Source: the human T2T-CHM13v2.0 reference genome, Homo sapiens. Taken from it: a DNA stretch of 64,000 bases. The stretch is from NCBI RefSeq assembly GCF_009914755.1, contig NC_060947.1; one strand, given 5' to 3'. How positions within the stretch are numbered: the stretch's first letter is position 1; every line of letters starts with the position of its first letter. Below the pieces are notes generated by a model. That model was not told the DNA's origin. It searched no databases and saw only the letters and a program-made list of their open reading frames with translations. Positions 27,255 through 41,841 of the stretch are shown one piece after another. Both the position numbers and the translations under genes were made by a program.

Positions 27255-27385
27255 TCATCTCTAAGTGTACCTGGAGCTCACAGAAGGAAAAGAGCAAGGC
27301 CATCTAGTTGGAACACCGTGCAACGTAAGAGCCTTTCAGTGGTGCCCAGCAGGCAGTCAAGGAAGACTACTGGTGGTGAGGAGAG

Positions 27386-27747
27386 TGTATTAGTCCATTC
27401 CCATGCTGCTGATAAAGACATACCCGAGACTGGGTAATTTATAAAGAAAAGAGGTTTAATGGACTCACAGTTCCACATGTCTGAGGAGGCCTCACAGTCA
27501 TGGCGGAAGGCAAAGGAGGAGCAAAGGCATGTTTTCCATGGCAGCAGGCAAGACAGTGTGTGCAGGGGGACTGCCCTTTATAAAACCATCAGATCTTGTG
27601 AGATTTATTCACTATCACAAGAACAGCATGGAAAACCCACCCCTGTGATTCAATTACCTGCTGCTGGGTCCCTCCCACGACGTATGGGGATTTTGGGAGC
27701 TACAATTCAAGATGAGATTTGAGTGGGGACACAGCCAAACCATATCA
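27386..27747 (-). mobile_element. THE1 solo LTR
   Basis: TGTATTAGTCCATT...GACATACCCGAGACTGGGTAATTTATAAAGAAAAGAGGTTTAAT...CCAAACCATATCA. Confidence 0.92.
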
Positions 27748-30237
27748 GACTGCCCATATGGACAGGACTGAGATCACAGAAGTGAGGAGAGAGAACATCT
27801 CCATCAGCCTTTCCCCTCAGTTTCCTTCCTCTCTCAGTCTTCTCCACATCCCACCTCATGCTGTGTGCATCCCCTCTTCTTTTTCAGTGACTTCCTCCTC
27901 CTCCTGGTTGTTTTGCCATTCTCTCTTCATCTTTTTTTCCTGTCCTGACGCCATAACTCCCCTTTCTCCCCCTCTATCTTCTCCACCCCTCCAGCCTCTA
28001 TGTCCCCTCATTGTATTCTGATGAGTCCTCTTTGCTCCACTGTCTCTTAGTTTCCCTTGTCAGTGGCCAGATCAGCTGAAATAAGGCCCAGAGGTGAGCA
28101 GCAGGAGAGAAAGCTGAATATGGGTACCCCCAAAGCTTCAGCCTGGGGACAAGCAAGTGAATCCTCAACATGCCTCTGGGAAATCACTTTTCCCCTTATT
28201 CCCCTGCTGGAGAGTCCCAAAACTCCTAGGCAGGCATGGTCTTTGCCCAAGTGTGTCTTTGGCATCCATCTCCTCTCCTCCCTATACCCATTGGCTTTAT
28301 TCTTGCTCCTCTAGCATCTGTGCAAACACTGGTAGGAAATGAATGAAGCCAAGTTGTTGGATGCAAGAGGCTTAACCATGGGACAGGAGGAGAGTGAAGT
28401 TTGGCCAAGTGTTTTAGGAGGACAAGAAAGCCTTCCTACCATGGGCATGGGGCACTTGTGAGATAATCCAGGCAGCATGTCTGACAACAGAGGGCTTTTA
28501 TAAAATTTCTTTATGCAAGGCAATATAATATAGATCATGAGCATGAGCTCTGCAGCCATTCTGTTGAGGATTTGAATCCAGCTCTACCTCTTATGAGATA
28601 GCAGTGTGACTTTGGGAGAGATGCTCAGACTCTGTGCTTCAGTTTCTTCATAAAGTGAAGATGATAATTCTATCACTTGCCTCATAGAGTGGCTGTAATA
28701 ACTAAATGAATTAATACTTAGAATTGTGTTTGACACATAATATAAGGTCAGTAAGCACTGGCAATAATTGTTTGCATAGGGTTGCATGCAGGACTTCAAT
28801 GACACCTCTAAAAACTGCTTGATTCATGAGTCAGACTTACACACTTTGGGCAGAATGTGTTCTCAGTGCCTGAAGAAGCTGTCCCAGAGCTGAATGGGGT
28901 TCACTCTAAGCCACTTCCAAAGTCAAAAGCAGTGGTACCTGTCATTTGCCTTGGAACCACAGACTTTGTGCACTTCCCGTGGGTCCCAGTGCATGAGGAC
29001 CAAGTGAAAAGTGCTCACAACCTGGCCAAATCTGACCCTGAATGGACCACTTTCTCAGTATGCCAGTGGAAATCAACTACATCTCTCAGCTAAAACAACT
29101 GTATTTATCATTCTGAAATCAAATTTTGAACAAGTGGATAGTTCCGGAGCCCTAGGCTTTTGATGTCATTTAACACTGAAAATTGCATGTGGAAAGAGAC
29201 AAAAAAAAAAAAAAAAAAGGTTGGGTGTAAAAATACAGAGAACAAGTTTAAATTGTAGGCAGATGTAGAACAGTCTAATTTCTCTTTTGTAAGCCTTCAG
29301 CTTCTAGTTCTACCTAACCTATACCTGCGCTTTTTGTGGCTGGTTAACAATTCCAAAACGGGGTGGAATTCTTTATCTCTCTATCTTTTTACTTTCTTTC
29401 ATGCCTTTAACCTGGTGGTACGGGAAAGCCATCACTTTGTCTTACAGTCTGATTCTTGGTTGGGTCAATGGAGATATTATCCTTGTGAGTGGCAAACAAA
29501 CAACTAATGGGGATAGCTATTCTAGTCCTGGAGCCCTGGGAGGAGGTTCTCAGAGCTAATGTTTCTAAAAGATCCTGAAATGTGTGTGGGGTAACACATA
29601 TTTTATCATAGTTATTCTGGCTCTGCAAGTGCAATGAAAATGTTAGCCTCGGCATATCAATCGTGTTTTACAGATGACTGTAATTTCCTGAATGTCAAAA
29701 CTCCAAATTTTTCTACTAAGCAAACTTTTCAGTGGCAAAACAGATTGCCTCCATAATGTATCACTGTGGGCAGGAAAAATGAAATCTTTATGCACTGTAT
29801 TATGAATCAATGAGGCATTGAGATTCTTGGAAGGATGAGTGGACTCTGGAAAATGAAAAACTGCCACTATTCCATCTCTACAAACTGCTGCTCTGGGAGT
29901 GGAGGCTTTGGTGGCATTCAGCATGTGGGCCACAGAAATATCGAATTCAAGTTGAAACCAGTTCCTGTCTTTCCCTGCATTTTGATGGGGTAAATGTCAC
30001 TGTAGACATAGTGTGAGTCAGGGCATTTAGCAAACCCTTGCCCAAAAGCCCCCTAATGTGATTTCCTTCTGGAATAATGGCTCAGTTGGATTATTGCCAC
30101 AGGGAGCCAGAGAAGACTGCACCTTTCCTTAAGGGAAAAATGGTATCAATAACAAATAATTGTGGAATGTATACCATGTGTCTTGCACCATGCTAAGCAT
30201 TCTACATGGGTTATCTCATTGAAAAATCACAACTCCA

Positions 30238-30534
<297 letters not shown>

Positions 30535-31400
30535 CACAACTCCGAAGTAGGTGATTACAGATGAGGAAACCAAGACTTAGAGAGGTGAAGTAATAAACAC
30601 AAGCTGAGGCTTGCTGCCAGAACTTCCTGACTCCAGAGTCTGAACTCTTAACTAGAAAGCATTTATCAGTGGTTGGCTATTTTTCAAGATTCTGGGCCAG
30701 CTCAGTCCATGGGAAGAGAGGAGTAAAGATATAAAGAGGACTTGCCCTCCTTCCAAGATGTCTGCAGCCTTGAAGGGAAGAGAAGACTTGGACATGAATA
30801 TACATGATAAAGCCAGATGAACAGCGTCCCCTAAGAGAAGTCCAGAAAACCCATTCCGGAGGTTCAGAGGAAGGTATGGCTGCTTCAGCTGTTGAACATC
30901 AGGAGGAATGAAGTCTTGAGAAGTCAGTCCTATTTGGACAAAGAGGTAGAGCAGGAAATGTGTCTGGAGAGAACAGTATGAGCCAAGGTATGGGGTGGCA
31001 ATGTGCGGCTCAGGAAGTTTGGTTTGCTTAGAGTATGGAGGTCACTGTGCAGGAGAACAGTGATAGGATGGAATATGAGCTTGGACCAATAACTTAGTGA
31101 TAAATTGTGGACATCTTTCAACTAAAAATCAGTCTGCTCATTTTCTCTGTAAATCCTTGTGCTTTGCCTTTAATATCTTTGCTTTCATATTTATTTTTAA
31201 ACCAGAGAGTCCTCAGCCCCAGCAAAATTCTAAGGCAGCCAAGTTTGCCTTTGGGGTCCTCAGTGATCCTTCTTGGCCTCTTTTTCTTTCCTTAAAACTC
31301 GGTCTTGGTGCCCATCTCTATAATATGGCTTTCACACCCCCTTTTCCACCTCAACCCACCCCTGCCCCAATGCAGGATATGATTATTAAATCCATAGGAG

Positions 31401-31403
<3 letters not shown>

Positions 31404-31440
<37 letters not shown>
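31404..31440. repeat. (CT)n microsatellite at the Alu tail
   Basis: About 18 CT units. Confidence 0.95.
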
Positions 31441-31443
<3 letters not shown>

Positions 31444-31733
31444 TTTTTGTTTTGTTTTAAGAGATGAGGTCTCACTCTATCGCCCAGGCTGGAGTGCAGT
31501 GGTGTGACCATAGCTCACTGCAGACTCAAACTCCTGATTCTTGCATCTTAGCTTCCCAAGTGGCTATGACTACAGGCACATGTCACCACACCTGACTAAT
31601 TTAAAACAATTTTTTTTAGAGATAGGGGTCTCACTATGTTGCCCAGGCTTGTCTTGAACTCCTGGTCTCAAATTATCCTCCCACCTTGGCCTCCCAAAGT
31701 GTTGGAGTTCAGGCGTGAGCCACCATGCCCAGC
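31441..31733 (-). mobile_element. Alu (AluJ-like)
   Basis: Reverse-complement dimer with an internal deletion. Confidence 0.9.
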
Positions 31734-34594
31734 TGGGATAAATGCTTAATGGCATTATTTCTGGCCTCAAATTTCTCTCCTACCATTGTAGGAATTCCTT
31801 TGAACATTAGAACAACTAACATATGTATTAAGCCTCTAGTACTCACTATTTCATATTTATTAGCAGAGTTTATTAGAAAGTAAATAAAGTTCCTTGCAGG
31901 TATGGAATACAAGACAGGGAAGTTTTGCTTGGAAGGGCAGGCAATACTTGGAGAGTGCAGATGCTGGGAGAAGGAAGTAAAAGGACAACCAAGGGAAGAC
32001 TGGAGCAAGTGCCCCAAATACTTCCCTCATTTAACCACTTCCCCAGAGTTGATCTATTGTATAAAGTGAGAGAGCCCCAATCTGTTTGTGTTTCCATATA
32101 ATCATTCTCCTCTATTTATATGGTACACATGGATTCAACTTTCAGAAATAGTTCTTAAATACTCTTAGGCATGAGTAAGAAAGGCTTTGGAAGTCATCTC
32201 AAATCCTTTGTGGAAGTAGGCAGGATCTAAAAAAATATGTGGGGCAAAAACAGCCTTTCCTTCTTGTTTAACTTCAAGATGTCTTACAAATTGATTTAGA
32301 GGCCTTTATTACTCTGTGAGTCACACATTTGGCTTATAGCAGGTTTTGAAAACCAGACTCCATAAAAAGGGCCTAACAGATTGTGAGAAAATTCCAGAGG
32401 CACTTTCACCCTGATGGTTCCTGAGTTCACTGCTGGGCCTGCCTGCCTCCTGATACCACCCAAAAAATTGAGAGAACTGCTAGGGCATGGGAATCAGCAG
32501 CAGTAGGTATTATTCAGTACCCTCCTCCTCCAGGGGGTGGCATATGACTGGCACACCAAGGGGCTGTTTTTAGGTAGTACTCTCACAACTTGTGTGGGTT
32601 GTTGAGAGTGGGAAGGATTTGAGAGATTCCAAACCTGTTATGCGCAGGCAAACGACAGGCACCCACAGTGCTCACCTAACAATGAAGTTGGGCTTTTCTT
32701 TTCAGTTCCTTCCTGCTTCAAACCTACACTGAAGAGGCCCATTTCTCATTTAGCAGTCAGTCCTCAGAACCTCAAGGAAGCAAGCCTTTTGGAGGGCTCT
32801 GCAGGCACAAGCCAGGCTTCCAGTAGTTTCGCGGCTGCTGTTTCCATCCTAGCCACCTCCACAAAGTTCTCCAGCTCTAATGATTCAATCTGTTACCCAC
32901 TTAGCAATTTTCTTCATTTCTGTCCCTAGACAGTTTCTCTCACACCTCCCCCTATTGTTCTGTTTCTTCTATCTCCAAGATGATCGATGACCCAATAGGC
33001 ATTTACATTTACAAAGCAATCACATTTACATAAGATAGCTCTTATCTACAGCTGAAAAAGGCACAACTATAATACATATATAATAGAGAGAGTGCCTATT
33101 CATCACCCACATTTACAGTGCCTTCTAACAGGATAGACTGTTCTAGGAATTGGTATACGGGGGAGAGAGCCCTATAAAATTTATCACTAAAGGTAATCAA
33201 TGAGTTCCGACTAACATGCTCCACACCTTGAGGTGAAAGTATGCCAAAAATACAGGGAAAACATATTTACTCCTTAAAGTTTGCTGAATTTAATTTGAGC
33301 TTTCATCGATTTCATTTAATACAAAGATTATATAATCAGAAAGTCGGTAGCAATTGAAAATACCAAGTCTAGTGTTCACCCATCAGGGCATTTTGGTAAT
33401 ATCTAGTAAGGCCAGGAGATTCTCATTTAATTGAATTGGAAATGCAACGTATATTAGCTTACAGAAGCTTAATCAGTGTGATCAAATTAAAACAGGCCAC
33501 TAAGACATACCATCCTGATTAAGGCACTTGCAAACATGCCACAATTATCAGAGATTTGTGGTGTTAATGATTTAAACTCAGGTTTCTTCTCTGGGGATTC
33601 AGACTTAGATTTTTTTTTTAACTAGACAATTAGAAAACGCCATCCTTTATTTTGAAAAATGTTGCAACAGTATTACTGACATTAATTCTCAAAGAATGCA
33701 GAACAGTAAATACCATGTGCTTGTAATTTCTTTTTTTCTTTTAGCGGTCACTGCCTTCTCTTTAAGATGAGGATCATTAATCTCGAAGCTTTAGCTCCTG
33801 GGAGTGGTAATGAAGTTTGGCAATGGTGAAGTGACCATTTTTTAAAGTATTAGGGGAAAACTCCACTTTTCTGCTTTCTGCAAAGCAGCTCTAGGTTTCA
33901 CCGAAAGAGATTTGCTTATAGCCCTATTCAAAAAACACTTTGACTGAACTGGCCTGCTGTCCTGGGTAAAACACTACAGAATTAGTCCATTTCTTTTCAA
34001 TGTGTTCTTAATAGACCATTATAAACACTATCTTGGGAGATGTGAATTACTTTTTCCCTCCTTTTAAAACTCATCTTCTCGGCCCACGACTTTTAAAATG
34101 CAGCAGTATTAAATTACCTGGAAAGGATCTCGTGTTTCTAGCTCCATTATTTGTGTTGATAGTGGTGACGGGGGCTTGTCTCACGATTTGTTTGTACTTT
34201 AGTCAGCAAAGCCAGCCCCATCATTTAACAGCAGAGAAAACAGATTCAGAGAGGCTAGGTGACTTTCTCAAGGTGTCAGAGTTGCTTAGGGTTAGGTATG
34301 GGGACAGATGTCCACAGTCATTTGACTCTCAGGGTTTTTTGCATCCAGCTTAGTCAATTAGGACAAACCCTAAGTCATTGGAATCTGCCTTAAAAGAACT
34401 GTGCACTACTGAATAAGCAACTCTGTTAATGAAAGGACTACTGTGGGTTGAAAGAGGGATGAAGATGAACAGGAGGAGGAGAATGTTGTGCTGAGATGGG
34501 GTAGGGGATGCAACTTTCAACAGACACTGCAGCAGTCTTATATGGCTGAAGCCAGGTCAAGGAAGATAGTTCTAACATCCATCAAAAGCACAAT

Positions 34595-35012
34595 CAGGTC
34601 AAACTCATAGAAGCAGAAAGGAGAATGGTAGCTACCAGGGGCTGGGCAAGGGGGTGGTGATGGTTAAAGGGTACAAACTTTCAATTACACAAGATAAATA
34701 AGTTCTGGGAATCTACTACACAGCATAGTGCCTATGGCTAACAATACTTGATTTTATATGTAAAATTTGCTAACAGGGTAGATCTTATGTTGTAAGTGTT
34801 CTTATCAAAAAACAAAACAATAATAATCATGGGGCAGGAGGAAACCTTTAGGGCATGATAGATATATTTATGTCCTTAATGATGGTGATGATTTCATAGA
34901 TGTATATTTACCTCCAAAACTCAATGAGATATATACATTAAATATAAATAAATATTAAATGTATGCAGCTTTTTATATGTCAATCATACTTCAATCAACT
35001 GGTTTTTAAAAA
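34595..35012 (+). mobile_element. L1M (L1MB/L1MC-like) 3' end
   Basis: GTCAAACTCATAGAAGCAGA...AAGGGTACAAACTTTCA...TATGTCAATCATACTTCAAT. Confidence 0.75.
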
Positions 35013-37102
35013 GTACTCTCAGGTATAATTTCTCAGATTCAGAAAGGCAGGGACAAGCAGTAGGTTCAAATAGAAGTGCCTGTAGGGTAAGTGTACCCCA
35101 GAAGTGCTCCTAGCCCCTCTCTGTAACATCATGAGGTTCAGGGAAATGCAATGTGTACTATAGTTGGCTCAATACCAAAATCCTCAACAAAATGCTCTTT
35201 GTTTAAAATAAGCTCAAGAATCTTTAAAGTTCAAGGAGGAAGAATACTTCTTTATGTATCCATTTTTTTTAGAACTTTTTCACATATCGAGTTGCAGTGC
35301 ATGCACTTTTTATGAGATGCTATAAGATGGAATAAGAGAATAGGTGGTCTTTTCTGGCATGTGTTGTATACCTATTCTGTTTACTGCAGATACTTTGCAG
35401 GTACTTTACTACAGATACTGCAGATACTTTACTCACATCAGCGCATACACTGAGAGCTCATTTTGTACTTTGGTAGGCTCTGTGGAAGATAAAGAAGTAC
35501 TCCCACTCTTCCTCAAGGAGCCACAGCCAGAACTTTGCTGGAGAGATAAGCAAACAAAGGGAAAGTTAACAAGAAAGAAGACAGTTGACATTTCCAGAAC
35601 TTTTTCTTCCAGTGGAGACAGTCCTCCAGCCGAGTCTCCAGCTGCACCTTTCTTACAAAGCACATAGCTTTGTTCCTTGTATTCTAGTTATTTTTGTATA
35701 TGAATATCTTCTTTACTAGAAAATTAGGTGCTTAAGAGCAGTATCTGTTTCAGCCCTGCTGTCTCCACCTTCTCTCCTCCTTCTTTCACATCCACCTCTC
35801 TATGCCCACCCTGCCCCAGCATCTGGTAATGTGCCTATCACATTCTAAATGCACAATAAATAGTTGCTCATTGAATTAATAAACAAATGAATGGCACATC
35901 TTAGTGTCTGGTTCAATGCTAAATAGATGCTGTTCAGAGGAGGGAGAGATGCCCTCAGGTTGCATCAAGGGAGACATGATGGAGTAAGGGGCACAGTAAT
36001 TGTCTTGAAATATAAGTAATAACAACGATTCCATTTAATGAGTACCAGTATGTACCAGAAGATCTGCCTAAGTCATCTCAGTGAACATTCAAGGAATTTC
36101 TAGCAGAGAGGAAGGTCCAGTTATTCTCCCCATTTTACAAATGAGAAAACTGAGGCTCAAAGAGATTAACTTGTCCAAGGTACTAGAGCTGGGATAGAAA
36201 TACATATCTTATCTATTTTGAAAGAATGAGCTCTTTTCAATGAACTAGTGTTTGGACATGGGTAGTTGAAGGACACAGGTTATTCAAGATAGGTGCAATG
36301 GTATGGAAAAGCAGACATTTTATAGACAAGAAGAAGACCAGTATAACGAAGGGGATGAAGGTTGGGCCTGATGATAACATTATATTGTTGGTGATAAGGT
36401 TGAATTTGTTAGTGAATATAATATAAAGAGACAATTTAAAATTTATTTTAAAAATTGTTTATAGGGTTATATAAAATAGCTACAATGTGTATGTATAGCA
36501 TACAATAAATATGAGGAAAACTCATGGACCTCCTAATGACATTTAAATTAAAAACAAAGACTCCAGCCTAACCATCCGCCTATTTTTTGGGAGAGGATGG
36601 CTTAAGCAACTAAAATAATCCTTTCCCCAAGCAAATGGTCTTTCTTCCCCTACAGGTTTCATTACAGCCTAGCACAGAGGCCAGTTTAAGGAAATGGAGT
36701 GGAAATAGTGTGTGTTCATTTAGTCTTGAGAGCAGATGCCAGTCGGGGAGCATTACTCAAAACCTGTAGCATTTTTTTTTCCTCCAAGTGTTTCAGATTC
36801 AGCCTGGGTGTAGGCTGTAATCTTAGGGAACAATCACCTGTCAGTCTGGTCCCTTTCATCTGTTCAGAGCAATTTGGCCATATGAAAGGAAGCATTTCTT
36901 TTTTTCTTCTTTTTTTAAAAAAGCTTGCAGAATTGAGAAAGGGGACTGTGAGATTGTCCAATAGCCAGAACTGCTTTGCCTGTCACTGGGGAGCTGAGGC
37001 ATGGTGGATAAAGGCGGTTTTCCAATAAAAACCTTGCTCCCTGAGTATTCTCTGGCTGGGTCTACACTGGTAGTTATCAGTTCCTTCTTAGCAACGGGGC
37101 TT

Positions 37103-37370
37103 TTGTATTTTTTATTTTTATTTATTTATTTTTATTTCAATAGCTTTTGGAGTACAAGTAGTTTTGTGTTATATGGATGAATTACACAGTGGTGAATTCT
37201 GAGATTTTAGTGCACCCATCACCCAAGCAGTGTACATTGTATCTAATGTGTAGATTTTTATCCCTGGCCTCTTGAGTCTCAAGGTCCATTATATTGCTCT
37301 GTATGCCTTTGCAAACTCATAGTTTAGCTCCCATGTATAAGTGTGAACATATGGTTTTTGGTTTTCCATT
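37103..37370 (-). mobile_element. L1PB-like 3' end fragment
   Basis: T-rich tail, then TAGCTTTTGGAGTACAAGT...GATTTTAGTGCACCCATCACCC...TTTAGCTCCCA. Confidence 0.8.
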
Positions 37371-38407
37371 CTAGCAGCAGCAGGGCTTTAAAAAATGAAA
37401 TCTAGGCAGATCCCAATATGTAAAACAGATTAAAATGGAGTCACTCAGGAAGAGGTAGAGTGAGGGCCTGGAGCCCCATCTATTTACCACTCCAGACTAC
37501 CCCATCACTTTCACTCATGGCAGGCTTTGAGGTCCTCCCTCAGAACCCAAGGGCTGTACAGAACATAGACTGAAAACCACTGGTCTACACAGAGGAAGGA
37601 CATGGTAAGTGCATCACAATGGCTCTATGAACTCAGGCTCAATGGCCTGGGTGGCTTCTTTATACCTCTTTTCGTCCTTTTTCATCTGCTAGAAGCCAGA
37701 ATTGGAATGAAGAATGGCTACAGCAGGCAGAGATTCCCCACCAGGAGGCATTTGCAGGGGAGAGGGACAATATGCCTTTTCCTTGGTATTCCTGTTGACT
37801 AACACAAATGCCTTGTCCATTGTAGGCATTCAGTAATGAATGGTCGCACTGCCTCCCAAATTACAAGCAAGCAGAAAAAAATAACAACATTATGCATGTG
37901 TTTCCTCACCACCAAGTGGGGGAATAGAAACCCAGATAATCAGGTAAGGAAACTCGTGGCCTCCAGACTTGGTGTGTGTTTTTAGGACAAAGCTGGGTAT
38001 GTGTAGTTAGCCCCTGAAAATATGGCTGCCAATGGAGGGCAAGTGAGAAATGAATAGTCGGTGAGACACTAGGCATGTGGTTGGGAAAGGACATAACGAT
38101 CTGTGGGAGAAAAGGGGCAACCTCTGCAAACCTGGCACATAGATGGCAAGAAGACATTCTCAGGGAAAGGGGTAAGAGTCTGTCAACTTTACTTATATGG
38201 AGATGCATTTTTTCCCCCCAAAGTTACTGAAAACCACCATGAAGTATGTTTTTGTAATTATTTATTTTTTGTAAGGTCTTTGGAGACATTATATTGCTTG
38301 TTTTCATATCCTCCTGGTGATGCCAGGAGGAGTGATGAGAATGATTACCTGCATTTCACAGAAGAAGGGGGAGCAGTACTAGGAGAGTGGGCAGTGGCAG
38401 CATACTA

Positions 38408-38487
38408 TTAGGTTGGTGCAAAAGTAATTGTGGTGTTTGCCATTAAAAGTAATGGCAAAAACTGCAATTACTTTTGCACCAACCTAA
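38408..38487. mobile_element. MADE1 (Hsmar1-derived mariner MITE), full length 80 bp
   Basis: TTAGGTTGGTGCAAAAGTAATTG...CAATTACTTTTGCACCAACCTAA; arms match at 35/38 around a 4-nt loop; TA on the left flank. Confidence 0.95.
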
Positions 38488-41459
38488 GATTTTTCTGACA
38501 AATATCACAACTGAACAACATACCCTGGTGCCTAGGGTGAAGGCACAAAATAGCTTGATCATCCTTGAAGGGTCCATAGGCACGTATTGGGGAAGTGAAG
38601 ATAAACATGCAGACGTTGGGTACAGAACATCTCATTAAAGCCCGTGGAGCACAAATCTCCTCCCCAACCATGATGAGAAAGAAGGACACTCTTGAAGAGC
38701 CACTTGGAAGCAAGCCCAGCCTTCTTAATTCCATTAATTATGGTCTTTGATGCCAAAACAGCGAAACTCTTTAGACTCCAAAGCTGGGAGAATCATTACC
38801 TTGGCTCAGCTCCACAATCCAGCCATGCTGTGTCTGCTGAAAGTACCCAGACATCACCCCAAAGAGAACCTTCAATATTTGGGTATGGGCAACACCATCT
38901 AAGCTACTGATGAACTCTCCCTGAATCAACGTCATGGAGTAGTTCTCAGGATTAAATGAAATAATGCATGCATTTAAAGCACTCCGAACAGGGCCTGGTG
39001 CATAGGAAGCACTCAATAAATGTTATTTCTTATTATTTAAAAATTCCAGGCCCTTGCTATATTTGGCAGTCTCTGGCATCTTTGTTGGAATTGAAGTCTG
39101 TAAGTTTCTCTACCTGCCTGTAAAGTTGTAAAATATGGTTTTTTTCTTTTTCTTTTTTTTTGGTCAGGTATGTAAAATTATTTGACTCTAATATCAGAGC
39201 ACGTTGTGCTTTGGCCAAAAAATACTTTAGGATTTAGAGTTAAAAGGGCCCTGTTTTGAATCATGGTTCTACCACTTACTATCTATGTGGCTTTGGGCAA
39301 AAATATGCTATTTCCCTCAGCCTTAGTTTTCCAGTCTGTAAGATGTAGATATAATTCCTGCTTCCTAGGATGGTGGGTAAAATTAATTAAATGAAATAAC
39401 AAAAGAGAAGGCTGTTTGCAAATTATAAAGTGCTTTACAAGCAAATTCTTTTTTAATTAGGAATTTTAGGCTTAGCCAGACTTGCCTCCCTTCTTCCTTA
39501 TATCCCTGAATTCACTATGAGCTTTGCAGACAGTGATGGCCAAACATATTATTACGCCTGCCATACTGCATGGGCCTAGCCAGTTGATCATTTTGATTAA
39601 ATGATCCAGTCAACTCAAGAAAGCAGTTTTCTCAGTGTCCTCATCTCCTCCTCTACTCAACCCCACTCAGGTGATCCAAAACACTAGCTCCTGTGATTTC
39701 ATATAAATGTATCCTTCAAGCAACATGATATTCCTCTCAGAACATCTTCACCATCCACAATCTTTCCAGGGATGCTAGGCACCCATGCACTGATGATTTG
39801 TGCTTCAAATGCATGTGACATCTTAATTATCCAGTGCAAATGCTACTTTAAGCAAGCACTAACAGATGGTGGCCTGAATTTTATAGCATTGCCAGCATTT
39901 TCCAAGCAAAATTTATAGTTCAGTCATCAGTGAGCTGAGTCCAGCCTCATTTTTCTTTTTTCGTTTAAACTTCAGCAAGCGACCATCCTGAAAACCCAAA
40001 TCATCTTTTGTAATGGAGTAATAGCTATTGCCCAGTAACGTTGTTTTATTTCTGTCCTCCCCACTTCCCATTCTTAGGTTGCTTGCCCACAACATACATA
40101 GTAGTGAAAGTGTCAGAGCCAGGTGCTGGTATTGGAGTGCCAGGCAATATTGCCCTTATTCTCAAGTTGAAATACTAAAGATAAGGTGATATTTCACCAC
40201 TCCCCACAGCCCTTGTAGAAGCTTTTAGCTACATAATCCTATCCCATCTGAGGCCTCCAGCAGCAGGACCAGTCTTCTAATATTTGTGAATCAAAGTCTA
40301 GTCTAATATAGTCCCTAAGCATGCAGGATGTCTTCAGAAGGGGTAGATGAACTTAGCCTCGTGAGACAAGCTCAGATGTGATCTGAGTATTGGCCCTATC
40401 ACCTACTATGTGACTTTGGACAAGCCAATGTCTTGAGATTCCTCCTCAGTAGAAAGGGCTAATAACCCTTACTTTATAGGCCTATTATAATAATTAAACA
40501 AGATAATATGTAAAGCATCTCGCACAGTGTTGGACACACAGAAAGTACTCAATAAATTATAATTCATAAAAGTACTATATTTTTGCTGTATGTAAAGAAC
40601 TATTCCCATTTCTTTACATGCATTAACTGACTTAATATAAATCAAACCCTTCCTCAAATGTCACCTTTAGTGATGTTTCCCTCAACTACTTTAAATTTAC
40701 AAGTTTCTTGCCTCCACGATTCCTTATACCTCTCCCCTGCTTTTTCCAAATTATGACTTATTCCCTTTTAAAATAATACGTCTTTTACTTGTTTAATGAC
40801 TGTATCCCTCTATTATAATGGGCATAAGGACAGGGAATTTTGCCTGTTTTGTTCTCTGCTGTATCCCCAGAGCCTAGAGTAGCATCTTGTACCTACTATG
40901 CACTCAGTAAAATTTTTGAATGAATAAAGAATTTAATCCTCAAGAAAACCCTATGAAGCATGCACTACTAATAGTTTCTTCTTATAAGTGAAGAAACTGA
41001 TGCAGAGGGAGAGCCGGTAACCTTCCGAGGGCAATGCTAGGCTTTTAAGGCAGTAATTAGGCTCCAGCATTTGCTGTCTTAACCATTATACTATACTACC
41101 TCTTTCAAAGAAGAGAGAGAGAGAGAGAACATGAATGAAAGAATGAGAATAATGAGAAAAGTATATATGATTCTATGAACTTTAGGGTTTATTTTTCTTC
41201 TTGTTTTTCACTTTTTCTCCTCCACCTCCCCCTCCTCCCCATGAATAGGATCTACTTTTCTCTGATGAAATATATCTGTGCAGTGCTATGGGAATCTAGC
41301 TTTGGACATGCAATAAAGGCAGGGATCAACCATTTGTTCCCAAAATAGCATCTTCGGAGGACGCTTCCATTGTTCAACTATCTCTCCATTATTGTATGTG
41401 TCTTTTTCCAGACTTAAGTGGGTAGAAATTATTTACACACCAAAAAACTCATAGCTATT

Positions 41460-41836
41460 TGTATTAGTCCGTTCTCACACTGCCATAAAGAACTTCCAAA
41501 GACTGAGTAATTTAGAAAGGAAAGAGGTTTAATTGACTACTCACAGTTCTGTATGGCTGGAGAGGACTCAGGAAACTTACAATCATGGTCTAAGGTGAAG
41601 GGGAAGCAAGGCACCTTATTCACAACGTGGCTGGAGGAAGAAGTGCTGATCGAAGAGGTAAGAGCCCCTTATAAAACCATCAGTTGTTGTGAGAACTCAC
41701 TATCACAAGAACAGCACGAGGAAACCGCCCCCATGATTCAATTACTTCCACCTTTTCTCTCCCTTGACACATGGGGATTATGGGGATTATAATTCAAGAT
41801 GAGATTTGGGTGGGGACACATAGCCTAACCATATCA
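41460..41836 (-). mobile_element. THE1 solo LTR
   Basis: TGTATTAGTCCGTTCTCACACTGC...CTAACCATATCA with perfect 5-bp TSD CTATT (41455-41459, 41837-41841). Confidence 0.93.
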
Positions 41837-41841
41837 CTATT

